Positions 12,116 to 24,620 are shown, counted from the first letter of the whole stretch. The stretch is DNA of 60,969 nucleotides, filler included, from Sphacelaria rigidula (GCA_964200075.2; 10 parts of 10 records of this genome joined end to end with filler, not necessarily neighbours in it), one strand, 5' to 3'. A program made the numbers and translations. The notes: generated by a model not told the origin, from the sequence alone.

Positions 12116-12909
12116 NNNNNNNNNNNNNNNNNNNNNNNNNNNNNNNNNNNNNNNNNNNNTTAATTAATTAANNNNNNNNNNNNNNNNNNNNNNNNNNNNN
12201 NNNNNNNNNNNNNNNCCCCCCCCCACCCACCTGTACTCAAAATGCTCAGTCTTGGAATGGATGCGTGGTCAGTTGTCACACGACTACGGCAAGCAACAAA
12301 TGAGCATCCCCCCCCCCCCTCCCCCCCAGTACTCGAAAATATCTTCATCACGTTCTGAAACTCCCACTTATCAAGAGGGTTCAAAACATAAAAAGAATAA
12401 CAACCAGGTATCGTCTGAAACGGCAGAAGTAGAATGATACGGTGACCTGCAAAGTTATGTACACCTGCTTCTACCAAGCATCCGGCTCACCCATGTTTGG
12501 CCGCGCATACCTGAACATCTACAGAGTCGCATTTTTTCAAGATTTTTGATCGTCAGCCTCGCAGAAATCGACCACACATTTTGAACCCTGCGCATATGAC
12601 AACTCGCGCGTGTCGAAATCTCCCGCCCCCTACCCCCGTTCCCCCTTAGCCTGGTCCGGCGGAAACCCGGCGTGCTTCATCCCAGCTTTGTAGGGATGCT
12701 AGGTCAATGATCTCATGACAACGGCAGGGAAGATCGTGAGTAAACCCTTCCCCCCTCTCTACCTTGATGATTATTCCGTCCGACCAACGAAAATTGGCGA
12801 GTTACTGCCCCCCTCCTCCCCCTTGCCCACGATAAATATTTATACATACTTCAGTGTAGACCCACTCTATTCCATCCCACCATGCACGCCTTCACAGCAA
12901 GGGTAGACT

Positions 12910-13560
12910 GCTAACTAGCCTATCGTTCAAAGGTGCACATTCAATCTGCTCTTCCCATACTCGAGACAATGAACCTGCCGCGATGCGTATTGCTCTCTCT
13001 CTAGACGCCATCGATCACTTGTTTCTCTGATTACGACTGTGGCGAGAACGGTGGAGAGAATGCACCCGACAATACGGCTACGCGCAACGATCACCGAATG
13101 GAAAATAGTTCACCAGCTCGAGAACGATTTCTTCTGATCTATTCCATCAGACGTCAAGGGTGAAGACAGACGGCCACATTCGGTGTTTGTCACATTACTT
13201 TTCTTGTAGTCCCTTCGTCACAACCCATGCATGACACCAGGCCCAGCAAGGAGCGACACCTTTTCGCGCGCAAGAGGCAGGCAGTTCGCGTCCTGATAGA
13301 AGTACAGCACGCTGCTCACCTGCTCCCTCACATCGCCCGCCTCCCCGACCACCACATTTTTCTTCTGAGCATTGCACCTCACACCCTCCACACTGGCAAC
13401 ACCACTGTCTTTCCCCTTGCTACACTTCTCACCCAGTCTCTGGAGCACTTCTGTCCCAAATTCGGTATACTTGCGCATCTGAGGAATGATCCCCGTAAGA
13501 TTCCTGACCAGTGATCCACCGATATACGCCGAGGCGATGGGTGCGCGGAGTGCGGCAAGC
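12910..13560 (+). pseudogene. Degenerate Gypsy integrase C-terminal remnant
   Basis: Frameshifted motifs LAYRSKVH, PY..RDA..LDAI, GP and HIARL appear in the order expected for a Gypsy integrase C-terminus. Confidence 0.4.
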
Positions 13561-14296
13561 GGCGAGCGACAAGGTTACTACTGCAGTTCCGTTTAAATTA
13601 TATATATATATATATATATATATTTCTCTCCCTCTCTTTTTGTTTCCCCTCCGGAGATCTGCTGAGGTACGCACAAATTCCTCCCTCATGTTGTAGAGTA
13701 AGGATTTATTTAACTGCCAACGTGATTTCTGGTGACGGGCACGTGAAGCGCGACGTTGTTATAGGGGCCGAACCCTTCAAAGTAAGTACCCTACGCGAAG
13801 AAGCGATAAAAAGAAAGGAAGCGCAATGCTTCTCCGGGCGCACAATGAATTCTCTGTGAAGCACTGAGTAAAAGCTCATCTTTCTCACGCAGACCTGCCG
13901 CTGGTTGACTGTACCACCTCGTGGAAACCATATCGTCGGAACTACTGTTTTATTCGAGCAACACTGAATGGGACAATAAAGTGGAGAACATCATTCCCCG
14001 CGTACGGGTGCGTAGATAGCAGAAGATCAATATCATGCAGCGCAGTACCACCACCTCCCCAAACCCCCGAGACACGACACAATACTGCATGAGAACAAGC
14101 TACTAATAATCGAACCCGGACGATAAACAACCAAGCGAGCAAACAAGAACTCATTTTCCTTCGCCTGGTCCAGCGCAAAATATTACTCTTATTATATCCG
14201 GAGCAATGTGCATTGTAGTCAATGTGTAGTGCTTCGTGCTCAGCGCAGCACAGCACAACACACAACGCAACAATGGTTGCGCAGCTTGCAGGTTAC

Positions 14297-15282
14297 CTAT
14301 GAGCCGCCAAGAGGTTTAACCGACGCTGCTTTGCGTAGCACTTGCTCCATCCCATGGGCCCCGGGTACGTACAGGTTGCCGTGTGGCCATGTCGGTTGGA
14401 GCGGCCGCCCGTCCGCTTGCACACCGATCGGGTCGCAATTGCCGCGTGTACCCTACGTGTGCACGGACAACGGGCCATGATCGTCGGGAAGCATGGAAAC
14501 AGTGAGGGAGGGGGGCGCACGCGGAAAAGGGAGGAAGGAAGTAGGACGGGGGATACCAGTTAAACCCAGACACCCTACGTACAGGGAGGGCGTAGATAGG
14601 AGGGTGAGCTGTAGACTATCGTCGTGAAAGCTTGAAAATTCGCTTGGTCTGACTCTGCTGTGTACGGAGGTATGCCTCTTCTCGCTGGTCGTGTTTGACC
14701 ACGCTATTTTAATTCACCCTATGCAAGGTTACGGGTGAATACACACGTGCTGTGGACGGAACTATTCACGGGTAGTTAACACGGTCACTATTGTTCATTC
14801 CCAATTGTATCCATCACGATCGATCCAGGAAACCCCGCCCACCCCGACATACAAACGGCCGCCGAGGCCTGCCCCGCGTGGATCAGGAACCTCTAACGTT
14901 TAGGAAAGAGTGCCCCTGAAAAAAGACAATTCTGGGTGCATACACACAAGCATGATATCAGTGCAGATAGGTCAGTGTCCCCATCATGAAATTTCGAACA
15001 TGATTACTCCAAATGCAAAGTTGCGGTACACATGCTCAAATATTTTACTTTCTTTTCATTTCTCACCTTTCCAAGAGCGCGGTCGCTCGGTGCCCCCCGA
15101 CCGTCGTCACGCCGGCAAGTATGCTGGCCGTACGGCTACGCAGGCACTCAGGGCTCTGCGAGGTCCAATCCCCCATGACGAGCTGCTCTACGAAGTCCAG
15201 GTCGCTGTAACCGGTGGCCGCAAGTATGTCGGGCACGTCGGGTCGGCCGAGCGAGTATGTCTTGCCCAGTAGCGTTGCTGTC
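14297..15282 (-). CDS. Two phase-compatible internal exons of an unidentified gene (15282-15067; 14452-14297)
   Basis: Both exons are bounded by AG/GT, are phase 2-2 and are 216 and 156 bp long. They encode TATLLGKTYSLGRPDVPDILAATGYSDLDFVEQLVMGDW...ALLER / VHAAIATRS...LLAAH. The second exon is less certain. No family recognised. Confidence 0.5.
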
Positions 15283-16064
15283 CTGTAATACAGCAAAATA
15301 TGGGAAAAGGGGGGACGAAGATGAAAAAGAAAACAATGAACGCAGGTATCGAGCCCATTGTTGAAAGTGGGCTGAAAAAAACGTGTGTCAGAAAAAGGGG
15401 TGAACAAAGTAGAGAGTTTGAGACACGGAACATTTCATTGATTACACACTTCTGGAGATCATCAGCACTTTTTGTTCACACCACACACCTATGAAAAAAA
15501 CAAGAATCAATATTTCTCAATCTGATCAACTGATGGGGTATAATACTCTGACGCACATGTCATGCTCACAATAATAAACAACGGCTTCGCGGAAGTCTCC
15601 GCTCACGATCGTCAACAAAAGAGAGAGGTGGTCATATATTTTAAGGTGCGTACTGTATGTAAATTCCTCTGTTAGTGCTGATGCCTTCCCCTGCCTGCCC
15701 CCAGAAGCGTCATCATGAAAACACACGAACGGCAATCAGCGTTGTCGCTGTTCACTGTATCGCTTCTCTCACACTCTGTTCTTCGGTACGACATGCACTT
15801 GAAGGTTGCCTGTTACAGTACAGCACTGTACGAGGCAGACGTCACCTTTTCGGGGTTTGTTATTTTGCGCGTATCCAAATATGTGTTTACACCGTCGTGA
15901 AACAACAAAGAGAGGAATCTGGCCAAGATCAAAGAATATCCGTTCCACTTGCTCGAAAATCGCACATGTACAGGACCATCAGCTCGGCCCAGCAAGTTTG
16001 TTTTCCACGGCAATGTTACATTTATTTATTATTTTTATTCATTATATTTTTATTTATCACCCTA

Positions 16065-16348
16065 TGAACCCCTACCCTTCTCCGGGACGAGTCCATGGTC
16101 TCAAGGGATCATCCCATCTCTCCCCCGGTACACGCGTTGCATTTTGGTCATGACCATCAGCACTCCCGCACTGCGTCAACTCACGTCAAACAAACTCAGA
16201 CAAAATTGCCTCGTTTACTCACGTTCTCGCGCTTTTCACTGTGGAAATCAGATACTACGAGGAAAAAACCCAACGCATCGGGAATCGACCCTCATTTTCT
16301 CCACCCTAATGGTGACAGTCGAACCATAACACCACCGGGGCGCGACGG
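16065..16348 (-). mobile_element. tRNA-derived SINE-like element, copy 1
   Basis: The reverse strand has A-box TGGTGTTATGG and B-box-like GGTCGATTCCC. The whole ~280 bp aligns with 53655-53928. Confidence 0.75.
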
Positions 16349-17386
16349 TATACACCGCTGTATTACCGCGAAAACAAAAAACGAAGAGAATGGATTGCAT
16401 ACCGTTTCTGGCCACGAACAACAGCGACCAGCGACAGAGATGTTTGCAAGAATTTGTCACCGTCTGCGGTGTGAGAGGCTGGCGGAAACAGAAATGCAAT
16501 CCTGGAGGTGCCCTCGTAGAAGTGCAACTACACGTTGGGGTAAAACCAGAGCCGGGTGGACAACATCTACGAAGGTTAACATCCTGGCAATTCTGTCTCT
16601 GTAGTCCCACGTGGTGAGTGAAGAGCGTCTATTTCCCTTTTGGAGTTCATGTTGGATAGATGCGAAGATTATTTGCAGGAGAGTTAGTGGGCGATCCCTT
16701 TTTTATGATGTGTTTACTGAGTGGTACTAATCCTCAGTACTTGACTTATAAATATATATATATTTACACACATGTGTGTCACGCGCGATAATCTAGCAGT
16801 CGATCGATATGTGAATACGTCGGTAAGAGGGCTAGCGTTGTGGTTCTTGCCTGTGCTCTGCTGCGAGGGACTTGGTCTTTACCACTTGGGCCTTGAGTAG
16901 ATCGGTCACGTGAGCGCGACGAGCTTCAACTGATGAAGTGTAGCACACATGCGCATATGCGGAACGAAATCATATATGTTCGTTCAGTATAATAGGAACT
17001 GCCGTTCATCGCACTACTACTGTTGTACCGTGGCGTCTGTGGAGTAATGACATGGGAGTAAGTGTACTTCCGCTTTTGAAATGTATGTCTCCACCAACAT
17101 GCTACACGAAATCCGACGACGGCTCACCGTACTGCGTCGCTCCTTACTTCCTCGCTACCCGCTCCCCAATGATGTCGTTTCCTTTTCGGTGAAGGGTGGT
17201 GTTGAGTAAATACCAGGGTTTCATTTTGTAGTGTTGGATATGTGTACTTTCGTGCATTATCGGAAGTCTGCCGCAGGTAAGCTCCGGCTCCCGACTAAAG
17301 AGTATCACGCCGGCTCTGTTTGTTGTGAGCGAGTGGCTTCAAAAATATGTTCGTTAGACCGACGGGTCCGTACAAATGTCTTCTGA

Positions 17387-17531
17387 AACTGGTTCGACCC
17401 TGCCAGCAGGTTCTGTTGATACGCCTGCGTCAGCAGACACACGCCGGGCGGACAATGTCCTGTGGAACTGGTTCGATTTTGCCAGCAGGTTCTGTTAATG
17501 TGCCTGCGCCGGCAGACATACGCCGGGCGGT
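17387..17531. repeat. 79-bp tandem duplication (about 1.8 units)
   Basis: AACTGGTTCGA..GCCAGCAGGTTCTGTT..GCAGACA.ACGCCGGGCGG starts at 17387 and at 17466. Confidence 0.85.
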
Positions 17532-18409
17532 CTGCCGCAGTACAGAGAACTGCCGTATTTCTGAACCCGTGTGTACATCTGGGCTTCGATCTGGAGTAGG
17601 GGTGTAGACCAACTCAAGGGAGATGGGTTCATTGGACTATTTGATAATCTGTCCAATCTCATGAATATTGTTATAATCAACTGGGTTCGATTGCTTGATG
17701 AACCCTTGGACAGCGAGAGCTGGTCATCTGTTGAATCGGCATCAATTTCACCTGAAAATCGTATGCATAGTCCAGATGGACTATGTTCGCGGTCTAACGG
17801 TTGATAATTAGGTGGGTTGTCATCGAAAGTGCCACGAAATCACATCTGCGGAAGCAGTTTTTCGGCACATGGTTTTGTGTGTGTGTGTGGGGGGGGGGTC
17901 GCAGCAACCAATCGCGTTTTTTTTGTCAGAAGTGATTTTTTTAAATTGAAAAGTGAAAAATGACTTCCGACAAAATGAAAAAAACAAAGTGTCAGGTAAC
18001 CCTGCTGCTTTTGTGTATATGGATTTTTTTTTTTGTAGGTATACACTCCTCAGACAGCGTACAGCATCGCAATTTTTTTTTTTGTAAAACAAAATATTTG
18101 TGGTGACTGCAGCGTGTGTGTGCGGTTTTCGACTCCTTCGACGTGACAAACTTTACCGTGTTATTATTCCTCGATAACGCTCTGATTGTGTTAGGTTGTC
18201 TGGTTAGCCTTTCCATGTGCCCNNNNNNNNNNNNNNNNNNNNNNNNNNNNNNNNNNNNNNNNNNNNTTAATTAATTAANNNNNNNNNNNNNNNNNNNNNN
18301 NNNNNNNNNNNNNNNNNNNNNNCCATTTTTCGTACCTTTCTTAGGCAAAAAACGAGAAGGTATACCTTTTCTAGGCCATTGCCCTTAAAAAAACGTATGA
18401 AGCGATACC

Positions 18410-18880
18410 TGTGCCACATTCTACGTTGTAAAATATTTCAGATTTCTTTGTACTCCCGAGAAACCCATGCCGTGAAGAATGCGTAGAACGCCACAGTATG
18501 AATGTGCTCTTCGATGTCGTTGGCTGGGTTGTTTGCAACTTGACATGTGCCCGTCATTGCCGCCAACCATTAACACCATCATATAGAGTGTAAAGAACCT
18601 CGTCGGTGCTAAGAAAATAAGACCTTTGGGTGCCCACTTGGACGCCCACTTGGACGCTTTCCGCCACGATGTTTCCGCTACAGCGCTAGGCTACACAGGT
18701 GGACATTTTGTCTCGCCGCAGGGTATATGAACGCGGCAAATGTTATGGGTGTGTTGCTGTACACCCACAAGTGGCTGCAGTAGGCTGACGCTAGCAGATG
18801 TTAAGCTGCCTTGCGAGCTGCAAGAAGAAAGCTTTGATGTTGAATGGGCGCTTATGGCCAACACAGACTTGTAGAGTACA
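18410..18880 (-). pseudogene. Possible degenerate hAT transposase fragment
   Basis: Pieces NIKAFFLQLARQL, CGCTATH (CxxH-like) and KGLIFLAPTRFFTLYMM (TR[W/F]-like) occur in hAT order, with stops and frameshifts. Confidence 0.35.
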
Positions 18881-19139
18881 ATGGACTGTCGAAGTCCAGA
18901 TGAAAAGTTGGAGAGGTGAAGAGTGAAAGAGTAGGGCTAGCGATGTGCTCGTCAGTTCTCTTGTGCTCCTCTTCTGAAGAGTTCGTATCTGAATCTTATC
19001 AAAGATTCTCGATTGTACTGGACCTTTCCTCAGATCGATCTACAGTGTATTGTACTTGTTCTAGACATGCTCTAGAAATTCCTATATTCGACGTTTTCAA
19101 CCGACAGCGGTTGCTCCGCATAAACCCCAAGCGACACAT

Positions 19140-19288
19140 TGTAATGCGTGAGAGGACCGCGTGCTTAGAGGACCGCGCCGTAGTTCAAAACACCTCAGGG
19201 TCGATATTTTTCAAAACCAATCGGGCCAGTCCCTGCAGGTACCACGCCCCTGACCATAATCCCAACCCTAACCCTAAACCCTTAGCTA
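19140..19288 (+). mobile_element. Telomeric-repeat-bearing MITE, truncated copy
   Basis: Has the left TIR TGTAATGCGTGAGAGGACCGCGTGCTTAGAGGACC, the body and the CCCTAA repeats. The right TIR is absent. Confidence 0.85.
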
Positions 19289-19338
19289 GAACCGCTGTCC
19301 CGCTCTGAATCATCATGAACATGCTCATATGTCTATAC

Positions 19339-22201
19339 CTTCATGGACTTTCCGAACACCGTCGTGATCTTCACGTGCACCCATTTGCCATGCATATCCT
19401 CCCAGCTGAGGGCTTTATTGAAGCCTGCGTAGAAGTCTTCAATGGACTCTAGGTTGCTGAACCTGACCATCAGGCCGTCTGTGTTGGCCGTGAGAGAGTA
19501 GATTGGAACCCCGTGGACCATGTACCCGTTTTTTGAACCCTTGAGTTGACCGAAGTGAGTATATTGCTTGGCCACCTGTCATGACGCAGTGGTGCAATTC
19601 GTAACGCAAGGAAGGGGCGCGCGAACAGTCCCATCCTTCAGCACAGCAGCCAAACATGGCCGAAGTCTTCGCTGATCCGTACAACAAGAGGGCAGCTTCC
19701 AAGCCCATTCAACTGTTCCAGAGGATTCTCGTCCTCCGACTAGTCAATGGGTTGAGAAAGAAAGCCACCGTATCTTGTCGTATATAGTACACATCCGAAT
19801 ACCACCATGTTGGTACAACGCACCTTCATCCCTTTCTTGGGTCGGAAGCTGTACTTGAAGATATACTTTTCGCCTTTGAGAAACGGGAAGCCTGGGGGTC
19901 CCCACTTCACCTTGACTTCTGATCGCTCTTCCTCTTTCGGCACAATGAACCTGACACACACATAGTTTACAACGTCAAGCGACGTGTCGCCATACCGAGG
20001 GGCGGCCCATTACCGATCGAACCAGGCGAAACGTCATCGATACAGGGAGCTTTGCGACGAGGAGAGTAGTGCGAACTACAGTTAACCATCAGCGCAAGAA
20101 GTCGTGATGTAATCCAGGCATTATGTAAGTTGCGGCTAGCTGACACGACCGGGGTGTATGTTCGTATTCTTGATTTTTTATGCGTAAGTCTCGACATTTC
20201 TCATGGCGTAAGAAAGGCGTGAATACATGCCAGTCGCAGGTCTTGAACGTAGTGGTGTCATGGGATCTGCGCGTCCACTCCTAAGTCACTGAAGACCCCT
20301 GTGTCGGGGTAGCATCCGCTGCAACAGCTTATAGCATACACGGTAGAGTAGATACAGTATGCCCCCAGAACCGAGGACGGATAATGCTCACGAATCAACG
20401 AGTATAGTTACCTGGAGCACGGCTCTAACTTTGAGGCCTTGGGACAAGTGGTAAATTGCCCACCCCTGTCGTGGACTTCAGCGAGGGCTCCCGGTCCGAA
20501 CACGCACTCCCAGTCGATTTGGTTGCCACCTAGCGGGTCGCACGTGATGTCCACTTCTTCGCATATTCCCTGGCGGATATAGCATATGAACCCGACCGTT
20601 TGCGAGCGAAATGGCGGCAGTTGATGCAGGTTAATCTGCATTCACTCTTGCCGGCTTTTTTTAGACAGCTTCCCCGCAATAAGAATCTGAAACGCTTCAG
20701 TCAGAACAGTATAACTTATCGCGTACCGTGTGTCGCTGTGGCATTGCCTCGATATCCCAATCCTTTTTATGTCGGCTATCTCTTGACGATTCGGTTCCAA
20801 CTACGTGTACACCGAAATTACCTAGAACTCTGCAACAACGGCTGATCGGGCACCACACCCTCGTACGCCGCGTTACCGTGTCACCTTGTCATTGATGGCG
20901 CACTGTTGGCTCTTGTTTTTGTCATCCTCATCGTCGTCGTCGTCTTCTCGGCTAGTTCGAATGATGCCGTTGGGCCCTTCGATGGAGATATCCTTATACT
21001 CCACCTGCCGATTGTTGTTCGAGGGACGCGAATATGTATTGTCCACACCCGCTGCACCACACTCTGCAACATATATCTTCACAGGAAACGGGCGCGCATT
21101 CACGGCTTGGTTGTTGTCTAATATGAGTTTTGCATCCCATAACCGCGCATTATAATTATCATCCATAACGACCATGATACTCCTGTGTTGTTCATTTGCG
21201 ACAGCAGAAGGTCTGCCTATGATCAACCACTTGGACGCGGAACCTCTACGTTAGCCGTTCGAGACACACGTGGCATCGACGCACAAGAAAGTGGCCCAAT
21301 CCCCTGCTGATAATGCACACGATGTTCGAAGTGTCGATAACATTTCCACCCGTGATACACATATGTCTCCCTTTTATTATCGCTCGGAAACAACGATGGC
21401 TGCGAACAATATTTGTATCGGGAACTGCATGAACTGACCTCGCCATCCGCTACATTGTGGATAGAGTGATAAAGACCAAGCTTCATCCGAACCATGTCTC
21501 CGTCGTCATTCCAGGCCACGGGTTTGAGGTTGGATGGCCACTCCGCCTTGCCCTTCACGGCTCCAGAAATTTCAACCTGTTCACACACCAAGGATACATA
21601 AATGATAGGGTATTAAGAGTGAAGACCCCCGCAAGCTGGACCTTGGTAATTTGCTCAGGAAAAAAATCTACTTGAGATCTTTGGAATAATGGTACCCATC
21701 TAGCGGGAGCGATTCGCCTCCTCTCAAATTCTCAGAAGCACGCAGTTACACATGAGAACCCCGGGAAGGGCTGGGGGGAGAAACCTCTTCAGTCGCTGCC
21801 TGACCGTCCTCGAACGGCGTCTACGCGAACGACTAAATACAGCGTGTTGTGTGAGCCCGACCACAATCTATCGAGCTAGGCAATACTCGTATTCGCATTG
21901 CAATGACTCTACGACGTTTCTGCGTCGATCGACGAAGAAGTCAGGTTCTGTCGTGTAGCACCTCCATCGATTTCCCGAAAACTGTCGTGATCTTGACATG
22001 GACCCATTTCCCCGTCGCGTTTTCCCAGTCAAGGCCTTTGGAAAATCCATCGACGTAGTCCTCAATCGAGTCTTTGTTGCTGAAGCGTACTTGGAGGCCG
22101 CGGTGGTTGGCCGTGAGGGAGTAGATGGGGTCGCCTTTTACCATATAACCGCCTTTCGACGCTTTCAGCTGCCCAAGGTGCGTAAATCTGCCGTTAGTGA
22201 C
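19339..22201 (-). CDS. Partial multi-exon gene or recent pseudogene with two tandem polysaccharide (alginate)-lyase-like domains
   Basis: Exons: 22201(or 22187)-21962, 21576-21439, 21004-20885, 20569-20412, 20318-20231, 19950-19824, 19575-19339. Motifs RSEVK, YxFKYSFR, THxGQLK, WVHVKI and RMKLGLY are in the order seen in jelly-roll lyases (RxE / Qxx / KxGxY). The duplicated exons share 54/75 identical residues. Confidence 0.75.
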
Positions 22202-22308
22202 CGTAGAATCAGAGGACAGGCGAAATACTGTTGCGCAAGATACCCGTAGCAAAGTGTTGGGTTACCAATAGGCGTGTTGCCACCAGCAAGGAGTACGGTC
22301 GTATCATC

Positions 22309-22519
22309 TGTAATGCGTGAGAGGACCGTGTGCTCAGAGGACCGCGCCGTGGTTCAAAACACCTCAGGATCGACGTTTTTCAAAACCAATCGGGCCAGTC
22401 CCTGCAGGTACCACGCCCCTGACCATAACCCTAACACTGACCCTAACCCTAATCCTAGCCATGAGGATGTTCAAATTACGATGTGGTCCTATAAGCACGC
22501 GGTCCTCTCACGCACTACA
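22309..22519 (+). mobile_element. Telomeric-repeat-bearing MITE (TGT...ACA, ~35-bp TIR), TSD TCATC
   Basis: Both TIRs present, 5-bp direct repeat TCATC on both flanks, internal (CCCTAA)-like array. Confidence 0.9.
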
Positions 22520-23840
22520 TCATCGTCCGACGTCCAAAATAATGGCCATTGTAGTGTCGGTAGTCGACTACTGAACACAAGGCTGTATCCACGACATTTG
22601 TATCCACGACAGGCGGATACTCCATTCCATTCGACCCTGAGAGTGCGGTTCTACGGTAGGGATGCACATTTTGTTTCGGAGGCTCTTTACTCTAGGAGAG
22701 TTTAGGAGAGTCTCGATGACAAACACCCGGGCCTGAGTGCAGCCTCACATGACGTGTGGACTAAAAAGTGCACCCCTACGGTAAAATCACTCCTCGTTAG
22801 GCGGAATAGACATACCCCGGTATTGGGTATATAGGCTACACATATGAGCCTAGACGTTTTTCGTTAAGGGGCTCCAAACGTAAGGAGCTACACAAGAATA
22901 TGGGCCAGGACATCCCCTCTCCCGACATTTATTCGGGATAGCTCATTGCAACGCTGATCGTGGCGTGCTCCCATATGTTTTATACTTCGAAGTACGTCGT
23001 TATTTGGATGAGATGAAGGGCCCTCGACAAATTTAACCTCAGACGTCAGAGAGTTTCGGAAGATGTTTTTCCCATCATAGCGCCAGAGTGCAGAGTGGAA
23101 GCGTTGAAACTTCAGAGTGAACTCTAAAACGTTCATACCGGAAGCTGATGCGACGTGGCTTGGCGTGATTTTTTTCTGTCGCAGTGATTGGCCGCAGGTT
23201 GCCCCGTCAAATGTACGATCGACCAGCGTCCAGTTCCAGTTCGAAAGTGCATAGACGGCACAGGATTGATTGTACCATACCCTGCGGCACCGTACGTACC
23301 GTACACTACGCTTCACTGTACCTGCAGTACATCAATTCACCACGACGCACTACAGGACACTGTAGTAGTGCTGTAGTGCTGTGCAGTATTGCGTACAGAC
23401 AATGCAGTACAGACAGTGCAACGCAGAACCCTACAACAGTGCATTGCGGTACGGTGAACTGCAGCGATACCCTACAGTCAGTTGTACAGTAGTACAGTGC
23501 AGTACGCAGCACTTTTGAACAACAGACAAGGCCGCATTGTGATGATTTTTCCACATGCCACACAAAAACGGTGGTGCACGACGTCACGATCTCTAACGAA
23601 ATGAAATGCAGCCAGGTGTAGTACTGCTTGTGAGCTGTACACTACGAACCGTTCACGCCGTCTTCTTCCGGCTGAAGCTGGCAAGAGTGAGGAGCTGTAT
23701 TTGAATTTCACGCAACACAGCCAAGCGAGTGCTGATACCATGGCGGCGTCAGGGAGGTCTTCTGATTGCGACGCCAAGCTTTTCTGACGCGCGCATGGCC
23801 CATTGTGATAAGCATAACAGTTGTGATGGATGATTGATGT

Positions 23841-24052
23841 TGTAATGCGTGAGAGGACCGCGGGCTTAGAGGACCGCGCCGTAGTTCAAAACACCTCAGC
23901 ATCGACGTTTTTCAAAATCAATCGGGCCAGTCCCTGGAGGTACCACGCCCCTTACCCTAATCCCAACACTAACCCTAACCCTAACCCTAACCATAGGGAT
24001 GTTCACATTCCGGTGCGGTCCTCTAAGCACGCGGGTCCTCTCACGCATTCCA
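23841..24052 (+). mobile_element. Telomeric-repeat-bearing MITE, TSD GATGT
   Basis: Both TIRs present, GATGT on both flanks, internal CTAACCCTAACCCTAACCCTAACC. Confidence 0.9.
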
Positions 24053-24078
24053 GATGTCTCACTTTGCTTGTTAGGGTG

Positions 24079-24286
24079 TGTAATGCGTGAGAGGACCGCG
24101 TGCTTAGAGGACATCGGAATTTGAACACCCCTATGGTGAGGGTGAGGGTTAGGGTTAGTGTTGGGGTTAGGGTCAGGGTCGTGGTACCTGCAGAGACTGA
24201 CCAGATTGGTTTTGAAAAACGTCGATCCTGAGGTATTTTGAACTACGGCGCGGTCCTCTAAGCACGCGGTCCTCTCACGCATTACA
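24079..24286 (-). mobile_element. Telomeric-repeat-bearing MITE (inverted), TSD GGGTG
   Basis: Perfect TIRs TGTAATGCGTGAGAGGACCGCGTGCTTAGAGGAC, GGGTG on both flanks, TTAGGG-like array. Confidence 0.9.
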
Positions 24287-24504
24287 GGGTGTAATGATTT
24301 TGGACTGACCGTGACCATAGTGGTCAAGGNNNNNNNNNNNNNNNNNNNNNNNNNNNNNNNNNNNNNNNNNNNNTTAATTAATTAANNNNNNNNNNNNNNN
24401 NNNNNNNNNNNNNNNNNNNNNNNNNNNNNCCCCAAAACCAGAACAACCCCAGAACTGTCATAAATGAAATGCTCATACAGCGCATGATAGCCGGTTTCAG
24501 ACTC

Positions 24505-24620
24505 CATGAAGCCCCTCATATAGGCAACATTGGCGAGAACGATTGCAAGCATGGGAGTTCCCAGCTGCTCGGTGTGCTCGGGTTTTGTCATTTTGGTTTG
24601 GTTTAGGCGTAGATTTTATC
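24505..24620 (+). repeat. Interspersed repeat family (GGC.ACATT.G..CAAGC..CAGCT..GTGCT.GG)
   Basis: Homologous copies at ~31230-31345 and ~36644-36800. Confidence 0.7.

Noticed and set aside
23640..23780. KFKYS motif as the missing upstream exon of lyase domain 1
   Set aside because: It lacks the RSEVK motif and convincing splice sites. Probably a chance match.
19140..24286. Interstitial telomere, chromosome end or CRISPR-like array
   Set aside because: The CCCTAA repeats are inside TIR/TSD-bounded elements. There is no repeat-spacer periodicity and no cas gene.
24430..24591. Protein-like minus-strand ORF MTKPEHTEQLG..
   Set aside because: It overlaps a dispersed repeat also found at ~31230 and ~36644.
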